A stretch of DNA of 64,000 nt from the NCBI RefSeq assembly GCF_009914755.1, contig NC_060934.1, one strand, 5' to 3'. How positions within the stretch are numbered: position 1 is the stretch's first letter; every line of letters begins with the position of its first letter. A model generated the notes under the pieces. That model searched no databases, had not been told where the DNA came from, and saw only the letters and a program-made list of their open reading frames with translations. The position numbers and the translations under genes are program-made. Positions 39,601 to 52,192 of the stretch are shown in pieces. The DNA comes from the human T2T-CHM13v2.0 reference genome, Homo sapiens.

Positions 39601-41180
39601 AGAAGAATGTGTGTTCTGAGGTCTTGAAAAGAAAGTTCTGTAAATATCTCCTAGGTCTATTTGGTCTAACGTGCAGTTTAAATCCAGTGTTTCTTTCTTA
39701 ATTTTCTGTCTAGATGGTTTGTCTAATGCTGAGAGTGAAGTGCTGAAGTATTCAAGTATTATTATATTGGAGTCTCCCTTGAGGTCTAATAATATCTGCC
39801 TTATATATCTAGGTGCTTCAGTATTAGGTGCATATACATTTGGAATTGTTATATCTTCTTGCTAAGTTGATCTCTTTATCATTATATCATGACATTCTTT
39901 ATCTTTATTTACTGTTTTGACTTAAAGTCTGTCTTACATGTATAGCTACTCCTGTTTATTCTTGTTTTCTGTTGCATGAAATGTCTTTTTCCACCCCTTT
40001 ACTTTCAGTCTATGTGTTTCTTTACAAGTGAGACAGGTTTCTTATAGGAATCATATAGTTGGGTCATTTTTTTTAAATCCATTCAGCAAGTCTATAACTT
40101 TTAAGGGGAAATTTTAATCCATTTACATTCAAGGTTGTTGTTGATATGTAATGGCTTATTACTGTCATTTTATTAATTGATTTCAGGTTGTTTTGTATAG
40201 CCTTTGTTTTTTCTCTCTCTTATTGTTTGTTATTGTTGTTTGGTGGTTTCCTTTAGTGGGGACATTTGAGTTGTTTCTCTTCCTTACTTGTATGTTTTCT
40301 CCATCAGTCGATTTTATACATTTGTGTGTTGCCATGGTATTAGATAGCATCTTTTTCCTTCTAGGTTACAACTCATCTAAGCATTTCTTGTGCTATTAGT
40401 CTAGTATGAATTAACTCAGGTTTTACATGTCTGGGAAATAATTTATCTTCCCTCCATTCATAAAGAATAACTTTGTTGGGCATAGTATTCTTAACTAGTT
40501 GTTCTAAAATGTTAGTACTTGAAATATATTATTTTATTCTTACCTGGCCTGTAGCTTTTCTGCTGAGAAATCTGCCATTCATCTGATGGGAGTTTCTTTA
40601 TCAGTGATTAGACACTTTTTCTTGCTGCTTTTAGAATTATCTGTCATTGATTTTTGACAGTTTGATTATAAAATGCCGTGAAGTAGACATTCTTGAATTT
40701 TATCTATTTGGAGATATCTGCCCTTTCTGTATCTGGATGTCTAAATCTCATGTTAGACTTGTGAAGTTTTCTGCTATTATTTTGTAATACAAGTTTTCTA
40801 TCCCTTTAATTGTTTCTTTGCCTCTGAGACACCATAAATATTTGTTCACTTTATAATATCTCATATTTAATGTAGGCTTTGTTATTTTTTTCTTTATTTT
40901 TTTCTGACTAAGCAATATCAAAAGACCAGTTCTGAAGGTCTGAGATTATTTCTTATGCTTGATCTAGTATGCTGTGGAAGTTTTCAAGTGTATTTTTAAT
41001 TTCTTCCAATGAATTCTTTAGTTTCAAATTTTCTTTTTTAGTTTTTCATGACATCTCTTTGACAAATTTCCCATTCATATCCTGAATTCCTTTTCTGATT
41101 TATTTGAAATGTTTATCTTTTATTCTGTATCTTACTGAGTTTTTAAATATCATTATTTTGAATTCTTTTATGCATTCCAC
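36695..41180 (-). mobile_element. L1MA-like element (ORF1 part through ORF2, 3'UTR absent), interrupted by an Alu
   Basis: Continuous antisense ORF2 (e.g. ORF 39234-39500 LLNDYWVKEEIKKEI) followed by ORF1-like ctgctgagaaatctgcc...ctgatgggagttt. Confidence 0.88.
37261..37503 (-). mobile_element. AluSz-like, 5'-truncated with internal deletion
   Basis: gacctcaagtgat diagnostic. 12-bp TSD GTAACATTTATT (37249-37260, 37504-37515). Confidence 0.92.
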
Positions 41181-41907
41181 ACACTATATTTATTTTTTCT
41201 GAATCTCTCTGATTTATTAGAGGTTTTCTTTTCCTTTCTTTTTAACACTAACAACCTCAGAGTCCTAATTTCCAGTGTCTTATTGTAAGGCTTATGGGCT
41301 ATTATAAGCATTATTATGATGTGTCCAGTAAATTTAATTTTAACATTGCTATTTACTGAAGTAAAATTATGTTTTTCAAAGTTAGCCTTTCTTATAATAC
41401 CAATCTTATACATAAAACAAAAGTTTAAATATTTGAAATTTGTAAATTAAAATACTCTATGTTAGTTAGATAAAAAAATCTTTTTATAACGATTACCTGA
41501 ATTTAAAATTAAAATTGCAAAAATTCAACAGCCAGGGAACTACATTTGCTTTAGCAAATACTTCCCATAAAGTTTCCAGGTAACACTTATAAAAATCTTT
41601 AAATCCCTCTACAAATATTTCAAAACGTCATCTACTTTCTTGTAAACGGTTATAATTTTTAGTTTTTAATGTCTATAAATATTACTTCTATTTTAAGAAA
41701 AAAGGTTTGGAGATTTTTTTTTCATATTACATCGGTAATGAAGTATTTTTAAATAATAAAATATTTACTTTGAATTTTTTTCAACAATGCCTTTTTCAAT
41801 AATGAAGACAGAAACATTATTTGGTGGTACTGGAAAGAATGAATATGATTATCGGGATAGTTCCAAGAACATATTATTTCTAGTTCCTTAAAAAGTGAGC
41901 ATCACCA

Positions 41908-42247
<340 letters not shown>

Positions 42248-43496
42248 CTATGTATATGTATATCATAAGTGCTTCCTTGATTCCAATTAGAAAAGTCAAT
42301 TATTTTGCAAGGTGAGCTCCTATAAATGGGCTATCATTGTATTTGCTTCAGAGGGAGTGGTTGGAACAGAGCCATTAAAAGAAGGCATGACACATTTGAT
42401 CTGACACTGTAGGGAATGAATCTCCTTTATTCTAAGGCCTGTAAAGCCATACTCGCATTCTTTGTCTTTGAATTGTTTGTGTCTGTGCAGGATCTTTTGC
42501 TTTTAGGATTAACAGGAAAAATACGAATTTGTTTTGTGAAGTAACAGGCCTTTTGTACAACAATTATGCAGAATTTAGACCTTGGGCCACCTGAGAAGAA
42601 AGGCATGTATCCTAAATGAGTTACCTAATTCTTTCTGTTAACATCCCCCTAAAAATGAGCAGATTTGAGCTCTGATTTATGGATCTCATAAATAACATTC
42701 TTATCTTCAAAAGAGAAATCTTGAACATCCCATTAGCCACAAATGGAATTTATTCTCCCGTTGTTTCCTATGTATCTCAGTGTCATAAAAGAAGAGAGGT
42801 CTTATTGGCACTCTGTGTAACTCTGGGACACTCGACGGGAAAATAATAAAACCTATAGTGATGGGCAAGTTCTATGACATACTCTTAAGAAGAAAAACCT
42901 AGTTATTATTCATAACTGTGTATGAAGTCATAGGTCTAACACCATCAATTCATGAAACATTTCTACTACCACTATCCCACATGGGATCCTATCTGGCTCC
43001 CTACATATATATTATTAATAAAAATATCTTTTGTCTTCTAAAAGTAAAAAAACCCATATTTAATATGTGATTATTTTCTTACCATAAGTATATAAAAGAT
43101 AATAAAAGTACCAAAGTGAGTTATTGTTCAACAGATATAGAATTTCACATTTCTGAGATGAAAAATTTCTAAAGATCTGTTGGAAAACAATGTGCATATA
43201 GTTAACACAAGTAGGTATCAATACAGCTCATCCATGTTCTTATAGTTTTACTCTAGAAGTGTGTAACCCTAGGTATTATACTAAATGAAATATATATTTA
43301 TGCTATTTTTTTAAAAGTTAACACAGTAACATAACATCTTTCAATAAATGATAAAAATAAAGACAATTAAAATTCCCAATTATACAGTATGGGGAAGTGC
43401 TGTCTGCCTTAAATTTCTAGAATTTTTAAGTGGTCTTTGGCTCACATTTTTGGGTAATTGTCATATTACTTTCTTTTTTTTTCATTTCTTGGTCAG

Positions 43497-43675
43497 TGTG
43501 TAGTTTGCTAGTGCTGCAGTACAGAAGTCCACAAACTGGGTAGCTTAAACAACAGAAATTTATTCTCACATTTCTGAAGGTTAGAATTCTAAGATTGAGG
43601 AATTGGCAGGGTTGGTTCCTTCTGAAAGGTGTGAGGAAAATCTGTTTCATACCCCTCTCCTAGCTTCTGGTGGTT
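43497..43675 (-). mobile_element. MLT1C-like LTR fragment
   Basis: cacaaactgggtagcttaaacaacagaaatttattctcaca...ggcagggttggttccttctga...cctagcttctggtgg. Confidence 0.85.
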
Positions 43676-45499
43676 AAATGTTCACTGTACATTTTACCTC
43701 TCATTTTCCCCTTATAAGGAAGGTGACTAGGTCATCGTGAAGAGCTAATGATGAGCCTTAGTAGACTGGGGTAAACATCATTTAGCAGACGTTAAACAAA
43801 TGTCTGTAATGTCTTATAGGGGAAAAAACTGCTGTATTTCATTGTAGACTCCTATTCTTAGCTAATTTCATAAGCCAACGCTGGCATGCAGTGGTAGCCT
43901 TCACATCAGAAACAATATCCTTTCCTCTGTGCCAGTCTGTGTTGATGGATGGCTTGCCTTGTCCATATGATCCAAGCAATGAGAGGGCAATCTAGGTGTT
44001 ACTTGCTCAGTCAGCACTGAGATTTCAATCAGTCTCATGAAAGAACGAGATTTTATATTTATGGAGCATCAGATTTCAACACACATATAAGTATATTATA
44101 ATTGCCCTTTGTAATTGAGAGAAACATGAATCCACTTGGACAGCATGGAAAGTTTACTACAGCCTATAAAAAGGCCACCTCACTAAACCCCAGCTAGGCA
44201 TCAGCACAAACAAAATACTAGAATATTTTCACTTTTTCCTCTCTTTTTAAATGTAAAAAAAGAAAAAAAGTCACATTTCTACCAGATATGTTATAAGGTC
44301 ATATAACAGCCTTTATGAGCTATTGACTCAAGATAACTAATCCCTGAATTTAAAATAACATATGAAAATGCCGTAAATACTGGACCCGAAGAAAATATAA
44401 TGGAAGTAATTTGTTTTGGAATACACACCACCTGAGATATGCCCTATTCTAGTATATCTTTAGTACCTCTTCTAGATGCCAAGTCTCCTCTTGCTATTAT
44501 CAGTAACTCAGTAGGCCACTGGGAATTTGCAGACATTAAGATACATAGTTTCTATTATTTTCCTAATTTCCTGCCCTAGTCATCCTTCACTAACTTACTA
44601 TGCAATAATCTTTATATTCTACCCCACCAATGTCTTTTAATATAATAATACAATAAGTTAAATTATTTTCCTGCTCCTGCTAAAGCTAGTCAGTGCATTA
44701 CTTGACTAGCTTCAGCCATTATGAGAAATCGTTAAATAAAATGGGATTAGAAGGTCTTATCTTGGCCCTATTACTTATTCGCTATCTGGAATAAATAAAT
44801 AAGATATCCTAAACTTCATTTTCCTTCTCTAAAGATTGGAGATAATAACTATTTCTTTGTAAAATTCTTACAATTATTTATCATAAATATAAAATGAAAC
44901 AGAGTATCAAAGATATGTGTAAACAGTAAAATGTGAAGTAAATAGGTAACATAAGTAGGTGATACTATAGGCTGGCAATTACAGACTGATTTCTGGGCTT
45001 CCAGGGAGGTATTTTTTACTTGGAAAAAAAAAAGAAAATAGACAAGAATTTCTCATCCTTAGCCTTGGGAGCTTGTCTTCCGCAATGCAATAAATCTACA
45101 GGTTTCAAAATAAATCACCATTGTTGCTGTGTCAAGGCTGATATTTGCATAAGACCTCTCTGCCTTGGGCTAGCCCAGAACACTACAGCATAGGCAAGCA
45201 CCACAGCTCCCTAACTCTCAGAGTCCATATAAGGCTAACTACTGTGGGATCTGTTCTGCCATCTCTGTTTCTTTAACTTTGCCTTCAGGATGCCAACAGT
45301 GTTCCCCAGTAATTTATTTGTCCTATGATATTACTTGTTATTGAGTGGGTGGTTAAGGATGTAAAAATTATTTTTTCTCATTTTGAGAGATTTTATTTTC
45401 TCCCATAGCCATCATTATTAAGGTGTCAAATGCTGTACTGAGTAATATTAAAACCACAATCTCATCTATTTCTTATTACTTTAATCATATAACATAGTG

Positions 45500-45638
45500 A
45501 TTACTATAATTCATATTTTACCAGTGAGAAAGCTAAGGCACAGATGAATTCAATCACTTATGTGGCTAATAATGCTACAGCGGGTTTGGAATCCGAACAT
45601 CAAACTCCAGGGTTTAAGCTCTTAACTTTATCATATTG
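45500..45638 (-). mobile_element. MIR fragment
   Basis: attttaccagtgagaaagctaaggcacaga...aactccagggtttaagctcttaac. Confidence 0.6.
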
Positions 45639-47373
45639 TTTCATATTTTCCAAGATAATCACTGACAGTTAATAAGTCTGGTCCCAAATTATTTGTTTAT
45701 GATTGTTAGGAATAAAATGTTAGGTAAAAATACTGCACTAAAAGACATCATCTAGTCATTAATTTTACTCCATTTCTCAGATTTAGGGCCTTAATATTTT
45801 CCCCTTAGTAATATTATTTTTTTAGTAATTTATACAAACCTCTTTAGAGTTAATCTCATGTATTTTAATAGCAACAGTAGATCAAAATCATTGACTGCTT
45901 AGAAATAATGGAGAAATTTTAAATTAAATTTAAATCTTAAGTGTCCAATGTTGACACAAATGAGAGACACATCTACCTTAATTATGAAGTCTGTTAAATT
46001 ACTCTCAATTGGAAGACTATCTAGCAATTTGTTTCTAAATCAGTTGGTCACAAGAGCTTATTTGAGCTGACTAAAAGTCAGCATAACATTTTTAGAATAA
46101 TTTTAACTTTGTTTCCATAGCAATAGTTTTGTATGCAAGATAATGCCATCAATACCCAGGGGCTTGTAGTTTTTGTTGTTTATAGACATCAGTGTTACCT
46201 ATGAAAAAATCATGTGTCTGAAGTACTTGAGTTTTTATGTAAAAATCAAAGCACTATCTTATTTTAATATGTCTATCATTCTCTTCTTGAATAGGATCGT
46301 TATGTTGAATCACATAAGTTAATTCTTCTTTGCTTTACTTGATGTTTTTATCTGAAGTGCAATAAGCATCATTAGTAAATATTATTCTATAGATACTGGT
46401 ATTGAAGACTAGGTGAATTATACAACTCTAAATATGATACGGAAAATGTGAATAGATTGAAACATTTCATAAAAAACAGCACATTTGAAAAGAATGTGAA
46501 GATTTGGACAAACTCAATATGAGTCACATTGATAGATAAAGTATCTTCACCACTCCTGTCCTCTATCTTTAATGAAAGTATTCTGTCCTAAGAACAGAAA
46601 GGTAGACTCCTCAAATTTTACTAGTCAAATCATGTCTTAAGTATGATGTTCACTTTTAGCTCTTATTCTGAGACAAACTAAAGAAATGTAGTGAAGAGAG
46701 TTAATTGTCGAATATCTTAAAACAATTCAATTGTTAAAGAAATGGAAGAGGTATAGGTTGGGGGTGAAAATACACAACAATGGATTTGAAGATCACAGCT
46801 CTCTTCAAATTATTGAGGACTTGCTCTTTGTGTCTTTTGAGCTCAGATAGAGTCTCCATTAGTTATGTGAAATTATACGGAAGTAATTTTTGACACCAAA
46901 GAGGACTCTGATGTTTACTTCCTCTTCTGTAAGTACTTCACTGGATCATTATATAAATCCTGACCTTTAAAACTCCAACATATTTAATAAATACATATAT
47001 ATTTAAAAAATCAGTCTTTTTAATAGATGAATGAGTTGTGGTTCAGAGAGGAGAGGTAACTTGCCAAAGTTCACGCAGCTCCTAGTTGTTGGAGTTTAGC
47101 TTGTACTGCCTGTGCCGTGTTTCTTTCTTTGTCCCAAGCTACCTCCCTATAGGCTCTTATACTCTGAGGAATGTTATATGGACGATACTGGTACTTTTTT
47201 CTTCTTAAGTTTACAAAAGAAATTAAAAGTCTTTTGGATTGCCTCAGTTTTCAATAAAACTCCTTCTCTATTTAATATTAATTGTTTGAAAACATTTCCC
47301 AAGCATACACATTTTTATAACCAAATTAGGAATATTGATTTTAAAAATCTTCAAATTTCCTTACAATATATAG

Positions 47374-47722
47374 TAGGTGTCCCCAACCCCTGGGCCACAG
47401 ACTGGTACCACGCTGCAGACTGGTAGCTTTCTGTGGCCTGTTAGGAAGTGGGCTGCACAGCAGGAGGTGAGTTGCAGTTTAACTAGCATTACCGCCTGAG
47501 CTCCGCCTCCGGTCAGATCAGCTGGGCATTAGATTCTCACAGGAGCAAGAATCCTATTGGGAACTGTGCGTGAGAGGCATCTAGGTTGCACTCTCCTTAT
47601 CAGAATCTAACTAATGCCTGATGATCTGAGGTGAAATAGTTTCATCCCGAAACTACCCCCGACTCTGTCTGTGGAAAAACTATCCCCACAAAACCTGGTG
47701 CCAAAAAGATTGGGGACCACTG
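47374..47722 (+). mobile_element. MER1B hAT-Charlie DNA transposon, full length
   Basis: gtccccaacccctgggcc...attaccgcctgagctccgcctcc...gattggggaccactg. 8-bp TSD ATATATAG/ATATGTAG. Confidence 0.94.
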
Positions 47723-49326
47723 ATATGTAGGGTTCCAATTATTTTGGAAGACATGAATTAAGAGACTGGTTGAAGTTCACTAGGCGTTCTTTGCTTCTAA
47801 GGTAGGTACTGTGTTTCTTTAAATTATGCTTCTATAATGATTTTACAAAGGGTTAAGTAACTGAATAACTAGTTCTATTGTTAAATATAATGGATTTATG
47901 TTCATTTCTACATTGTTCCTTTTATGAAATACATGTCTTTCCAATATAATGCATTTTGTTTTCAGATTTTCTGGGTCACAAAATCCTGAGTTTATTTGTC
48001 TATTTTAAGTGAGAGTCTGCAAACTAATTCTAAATATTGCCATACTTGCCCATAATGATTTACAGAAAATCTGTAGTCAATATTTGCTCAATAAACAAAC
48101 AAATTTTAAAAGCCTCTTATATCCAGTGTAGCATGTATTAGTGACTGTTCCTCAAAGTTCCTAGTTCTATTCTTAAGTTAATTGTTATAAGCAATATAAT
48201 GTGTGTGTGTGTGGGGGGGGGGTAAAATAGGTAGGGTTAAGGAAGTAAAAGAAACAGGGTTACAACTATCTTGATCAAAAAAAGAGCAACTGAGCCAGCT
48301 TCAGAAATTGATTTTTCCTATTGCTATTGTTGATTGATTAATAGGATCAACTTTACTTGGTTAGTTCTTTTATAAAAGGGTGGCTAGTTATACAAACAAA
48401 GATTGTGTTTTAAACTCATTACTCTCTAAATATGATCCTCAACTCTCTGATTTAGAGTGAGCTCAAGTTACTAATCCAACAATTCACTTGACTGTGAAAA
48501 CATCTCATGCAATTCCAAATAAAATAATATGACATTACTATGCAAATATATTGTCTAAATTCTGTGATATGGTACCCCTGCAGAGCTCTGACCTAAATGG
48601 ATTGAAAAAACTGGGAAAAAAGTAAACTGATTTAATGATATGACTATAGGATCAGTATATGTGTGTATATAGAATTAGTTTTGAAAATGCAAAGCTATTA
48701 TTATGAATAACATAATAATACCTTTGTACTAAGTAATATTTATTCTGAGCACTTGTCTGGCCTTGATAAGATACACTTCGAGGCATTAGGGTACTTAGAA
48801 AACAAAATATATTGCATATTTTGTTTTATTGCATAAAATAAATCCATGTATTCCAGATCTCTTACCTGTCACATAAATTAAGCCACAAGTTATCTTTAAA
48901 TGTTTGAATATGTAATACTCATATTTAGAACTACTAATAAAATAGGTTATAAAAATAGAATTTTTTTATTACTTTTAACTATTAAAGACTTCATATTAGC
49001 TCTTATCCTGATGGTTGAAAAGAAGGTCCATAATTTTACTGGCAAAAATAATAAAAATAAAAACATATATATAGTCATCCCAAATGATAGCAGTCTTCAA
49101 GGATAAATACATAAAAAAAATTATAATGTGTTTTATTTAGATATGTATATGCTGCATCTAAAGGTGGATCCATAGCAAATGAGAGAACCTGTTACAACTA
49201 CAATGAGAACATATTTTTACAGTAAAAAGTATCTTTGGAAATCATTGGTTGGTTAATTTTCATTTTCTTTACATCTAAATTACACTATGTTATGGTAACT
49301 ATGTATGGCAATTAACATCCCTTTTT

Positions 49327-49500
49327 TGTGGCAGGCAAAATTCTAAAATGTCTCTCGTGATTTGCACACCCTGGCATTTCTCCCTTATGTTATTGCACTT
49401 GGCAAAAATGATTTTCCAGATGTAATTAAGGTCATTTGCCAATTAATGTTAAAAGGAGGAAATTATATGAGTAGGGCTAACCTAATCACTTGACCCTTTC
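49327..49500 (+). mobile_element. MLT1E-like LTR 5' fragment
   Basis: tgtggcaggcaaaattctaaaatg...ggcaaaaatgattttccagatgtaattaaggtc...cctaatcac. Confidence 0.7.
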
Positions 49501-50559
49501 TATAGAAGACGGTCTGATCTTCAACTATGACTCACACTGATCCCACAATAGTCCTTCTGTGATGCACATCTAATCTTCTGCTTATAACCTTTCCACGTTA
49601 ATTATAGCTTTCAGAATAAGATTCATAGATATTTGTTTATCACACATAACAGTTCGTAATTTTCTTTTATTCTTTTTAGACTCATCTTCTATCATTCCTT
49701 CAAACACATTATTTTTTTCAGGTATACTTCAGTACTTGAATTTTGGAAGACATTTTTGTTTCACAAGTCTGTGTTTTATGTTTCAATATGTTTGCTCCTT
49801 CTCCTACTACTCTCATAGTCCTTTTACTTCTATACTGTAAACATCAGTTTACTTATCACTCTATGTCATTTGATGCTGACTGAGTTCTTTGAGGATGCCT
49901 ACTGCCAAGCAACAGTTTGATACCTTGTGATCTACTTTATCAAATATTTGAAGAGTCAGAAAAAAAAGACAGGAAATAAGAAAAACCAGTATTCATATAG
50001 GGCTTTGTATCATGCCAGGTGTTTTCATTTTGCATAATTGGTACTTTGAAAGAGAGATTAAAGCAAAGTATCAATACTACTCTGAAAAGAAACCAAAATA
50101 ATATTAATGCAGCTGATGGACATTGACTTAAGCCTTAAAAGAGAGATAAATTTTTTAGTAGTGTGAATGATATTATAGGACATAAACCAAGGTACTAAGT
50201 CAGGAAGGCACAGATTGTGGTTAGGGAATAGAAATATAAATTCTATTTTATTAGGCATTTACATATACAGTATTGAGAAATAATGGTAGTATGTAAATAG
50301 ATTTGGGTCATGATGTATAATGCTTTTAGGAACAAGTAGGAAAATCTATAATTAATTCTAAAAGCAATAGGAAGTCAGTGAAGATTACTTTTCACTTTTT
50401 GAGACTAATTCTCTGTTTAGGAAAATTATCTAAAATTCTCTTTCATCACCCAAAAATGAGATTTATCAATATCCAACTTTGAAATTTTATTTAAATGTAA
50501 GAATATTTCAAATTATTACTAGTAAGGGAATCTATAAAATAGTTGTGTTTTCTGTTAGC

Positions 50560-50660
50560 TCCACTAATACATTATAAGAAACTTGGATGTACCTTTTATC
50601 TTTTCTCCCCAAATCACCTAGCACATTGTCTTATTCAGATAAGATGATCAATAAACATTT
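50560..50660 (+). mobile_element. L2 3'-end relic
   Basis: cacctagcacattgtcttattcagataagatgatcaataaacattt resembles the L2 terminus. Confidence 0.5.
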
Positions 50661-52131
50661 TCTACATTCAACATTCCTATGGTGTGCTAGTCATCAAAAT
50701 ATTAGCATTTAACAAAATACACTTAATTCAGAAATGTAATGAAATCCAGCTTACTCCCGTTTTTAAGTTTTCCCAAGGTACTCCAGAATTTTGTAGATAT
50801 CTGAATAATTACTGTAATATCAACTGTCACTCTTTATAATTAAAAAATATGCATACATGAGATTTTTCCTGTTTTCATTTCTTAATGTATGTAGTACTTA
50901 TTAAGGAGTCTTTGTTCAAGGAACAAGTCAGAGTTAGACCTATACTTATGAAATACTGCCATTCATATTTACCTTACTATTTTATACTTTTAATCTATTT
51001 AAGATGTTTTGTACATTTATGATTCTACCAAAAAATTCCAAGAGTTTTCTATTGAGTGTACCAGCTCACAGGCTCTTTAGAAAAGAGTTCTTATATTGCT
51101 GCATTCTGTTATCCCTATAGGCATTTTTTATACTTGTTCTACCTATATGTACTGCTGTTTCTGTTAGTAGGTTGGAAGAATGACAACTTTGTGCATCAAA
51201 GCTATGCAGGGAAGTTGGTAGTGCTCTTTTACAGTTAACATAATTCTTGCTGTTTTTCCAGTCCTCTGTCCTCTAGGCTGTGTTGCATACATAATAATGC
51301 AAGACTGGAGGACACCAATAGCATCTGCAAATGACAAGATACCTTCAGATGAAGCCTAATTCCAAAAAGATTAAATAGTTATCCACATGTAGATTATATA
51401 AACTTTTAGGAGGTAAGTATTGCTTCAATAACTGACCTCATTAATACAATTGCCATTATCAACTGCTTAAATTAAAAAAAAATCAAGCCAATGAAAATTT
51501 CTTGAGCATCTTTTATTGTGTGAAGTATTTTCCTGGGCGACTAGGGTAAAATACATTAAAAATATATGTAGATATACATACCTTCTGGATTGTGGCTAAG
51601 ATTATTTTCAAATTATCACTATTGTGTCTTTGCATCTTTTTATTTTTCCACTTTCACATTTCTTGTGGTTAAAGCTTATATATTTAAGAGAGTTCAGTTT
51701 AGTTTGTTGTAGATGTAACACATAAAAGAAAGTCATAGGTAGACTTTTTATGTCTATTCATCAATCATATCTCCAGCACTGGATTAACAGGCCAACAGAT
51801 ATGAATGAACCTCCCAAGAGGATATGCAGGTCATGTTAACCAGTGCTGAGGGGAACATGAAAAGTAAATGAATGTATTCTTGTCCTCATGGTGCCTATGC
51901 TTTACCTGACTCTTACTTGTTACTCTCCTAAACTGGAATGGAATACCTACTTTGAGGTGGTATTACTTATTTAATTTAAATAAGTACTTATTTAAACTCG
52001 GTACCGTTGAGTCCAATATACTCATTTTATAGAAGATAAAACATTTTCTCATTTATAGATGGAAATGGTGGCAGAAAAATGGAAGTGTAGCTAATTACTA
52101 AAGGCAGTCTATTAGGCATTCAGCTTGTTGC

Positions 52132-52192
52132 CTAGATTGTAGATTCTAGATCTATATTCTAGATTCTAGATTATAGATCTAGATTCTAGATT
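52132..52192. repeat. Degenerate (TCTAGAT)n heptamer repeat
   Basis: ctagattgtagattctagatctatattctagattctagattatagatctagattctagatt. Confidence 0.9.

Noticed and set aside
44683-44712. 10-bp inverted repeat AAGCTAGTCA...TGACTAGCTT
   Set aside because: Short arms with a 10-nt loop; plausible by chance in 64 kb.
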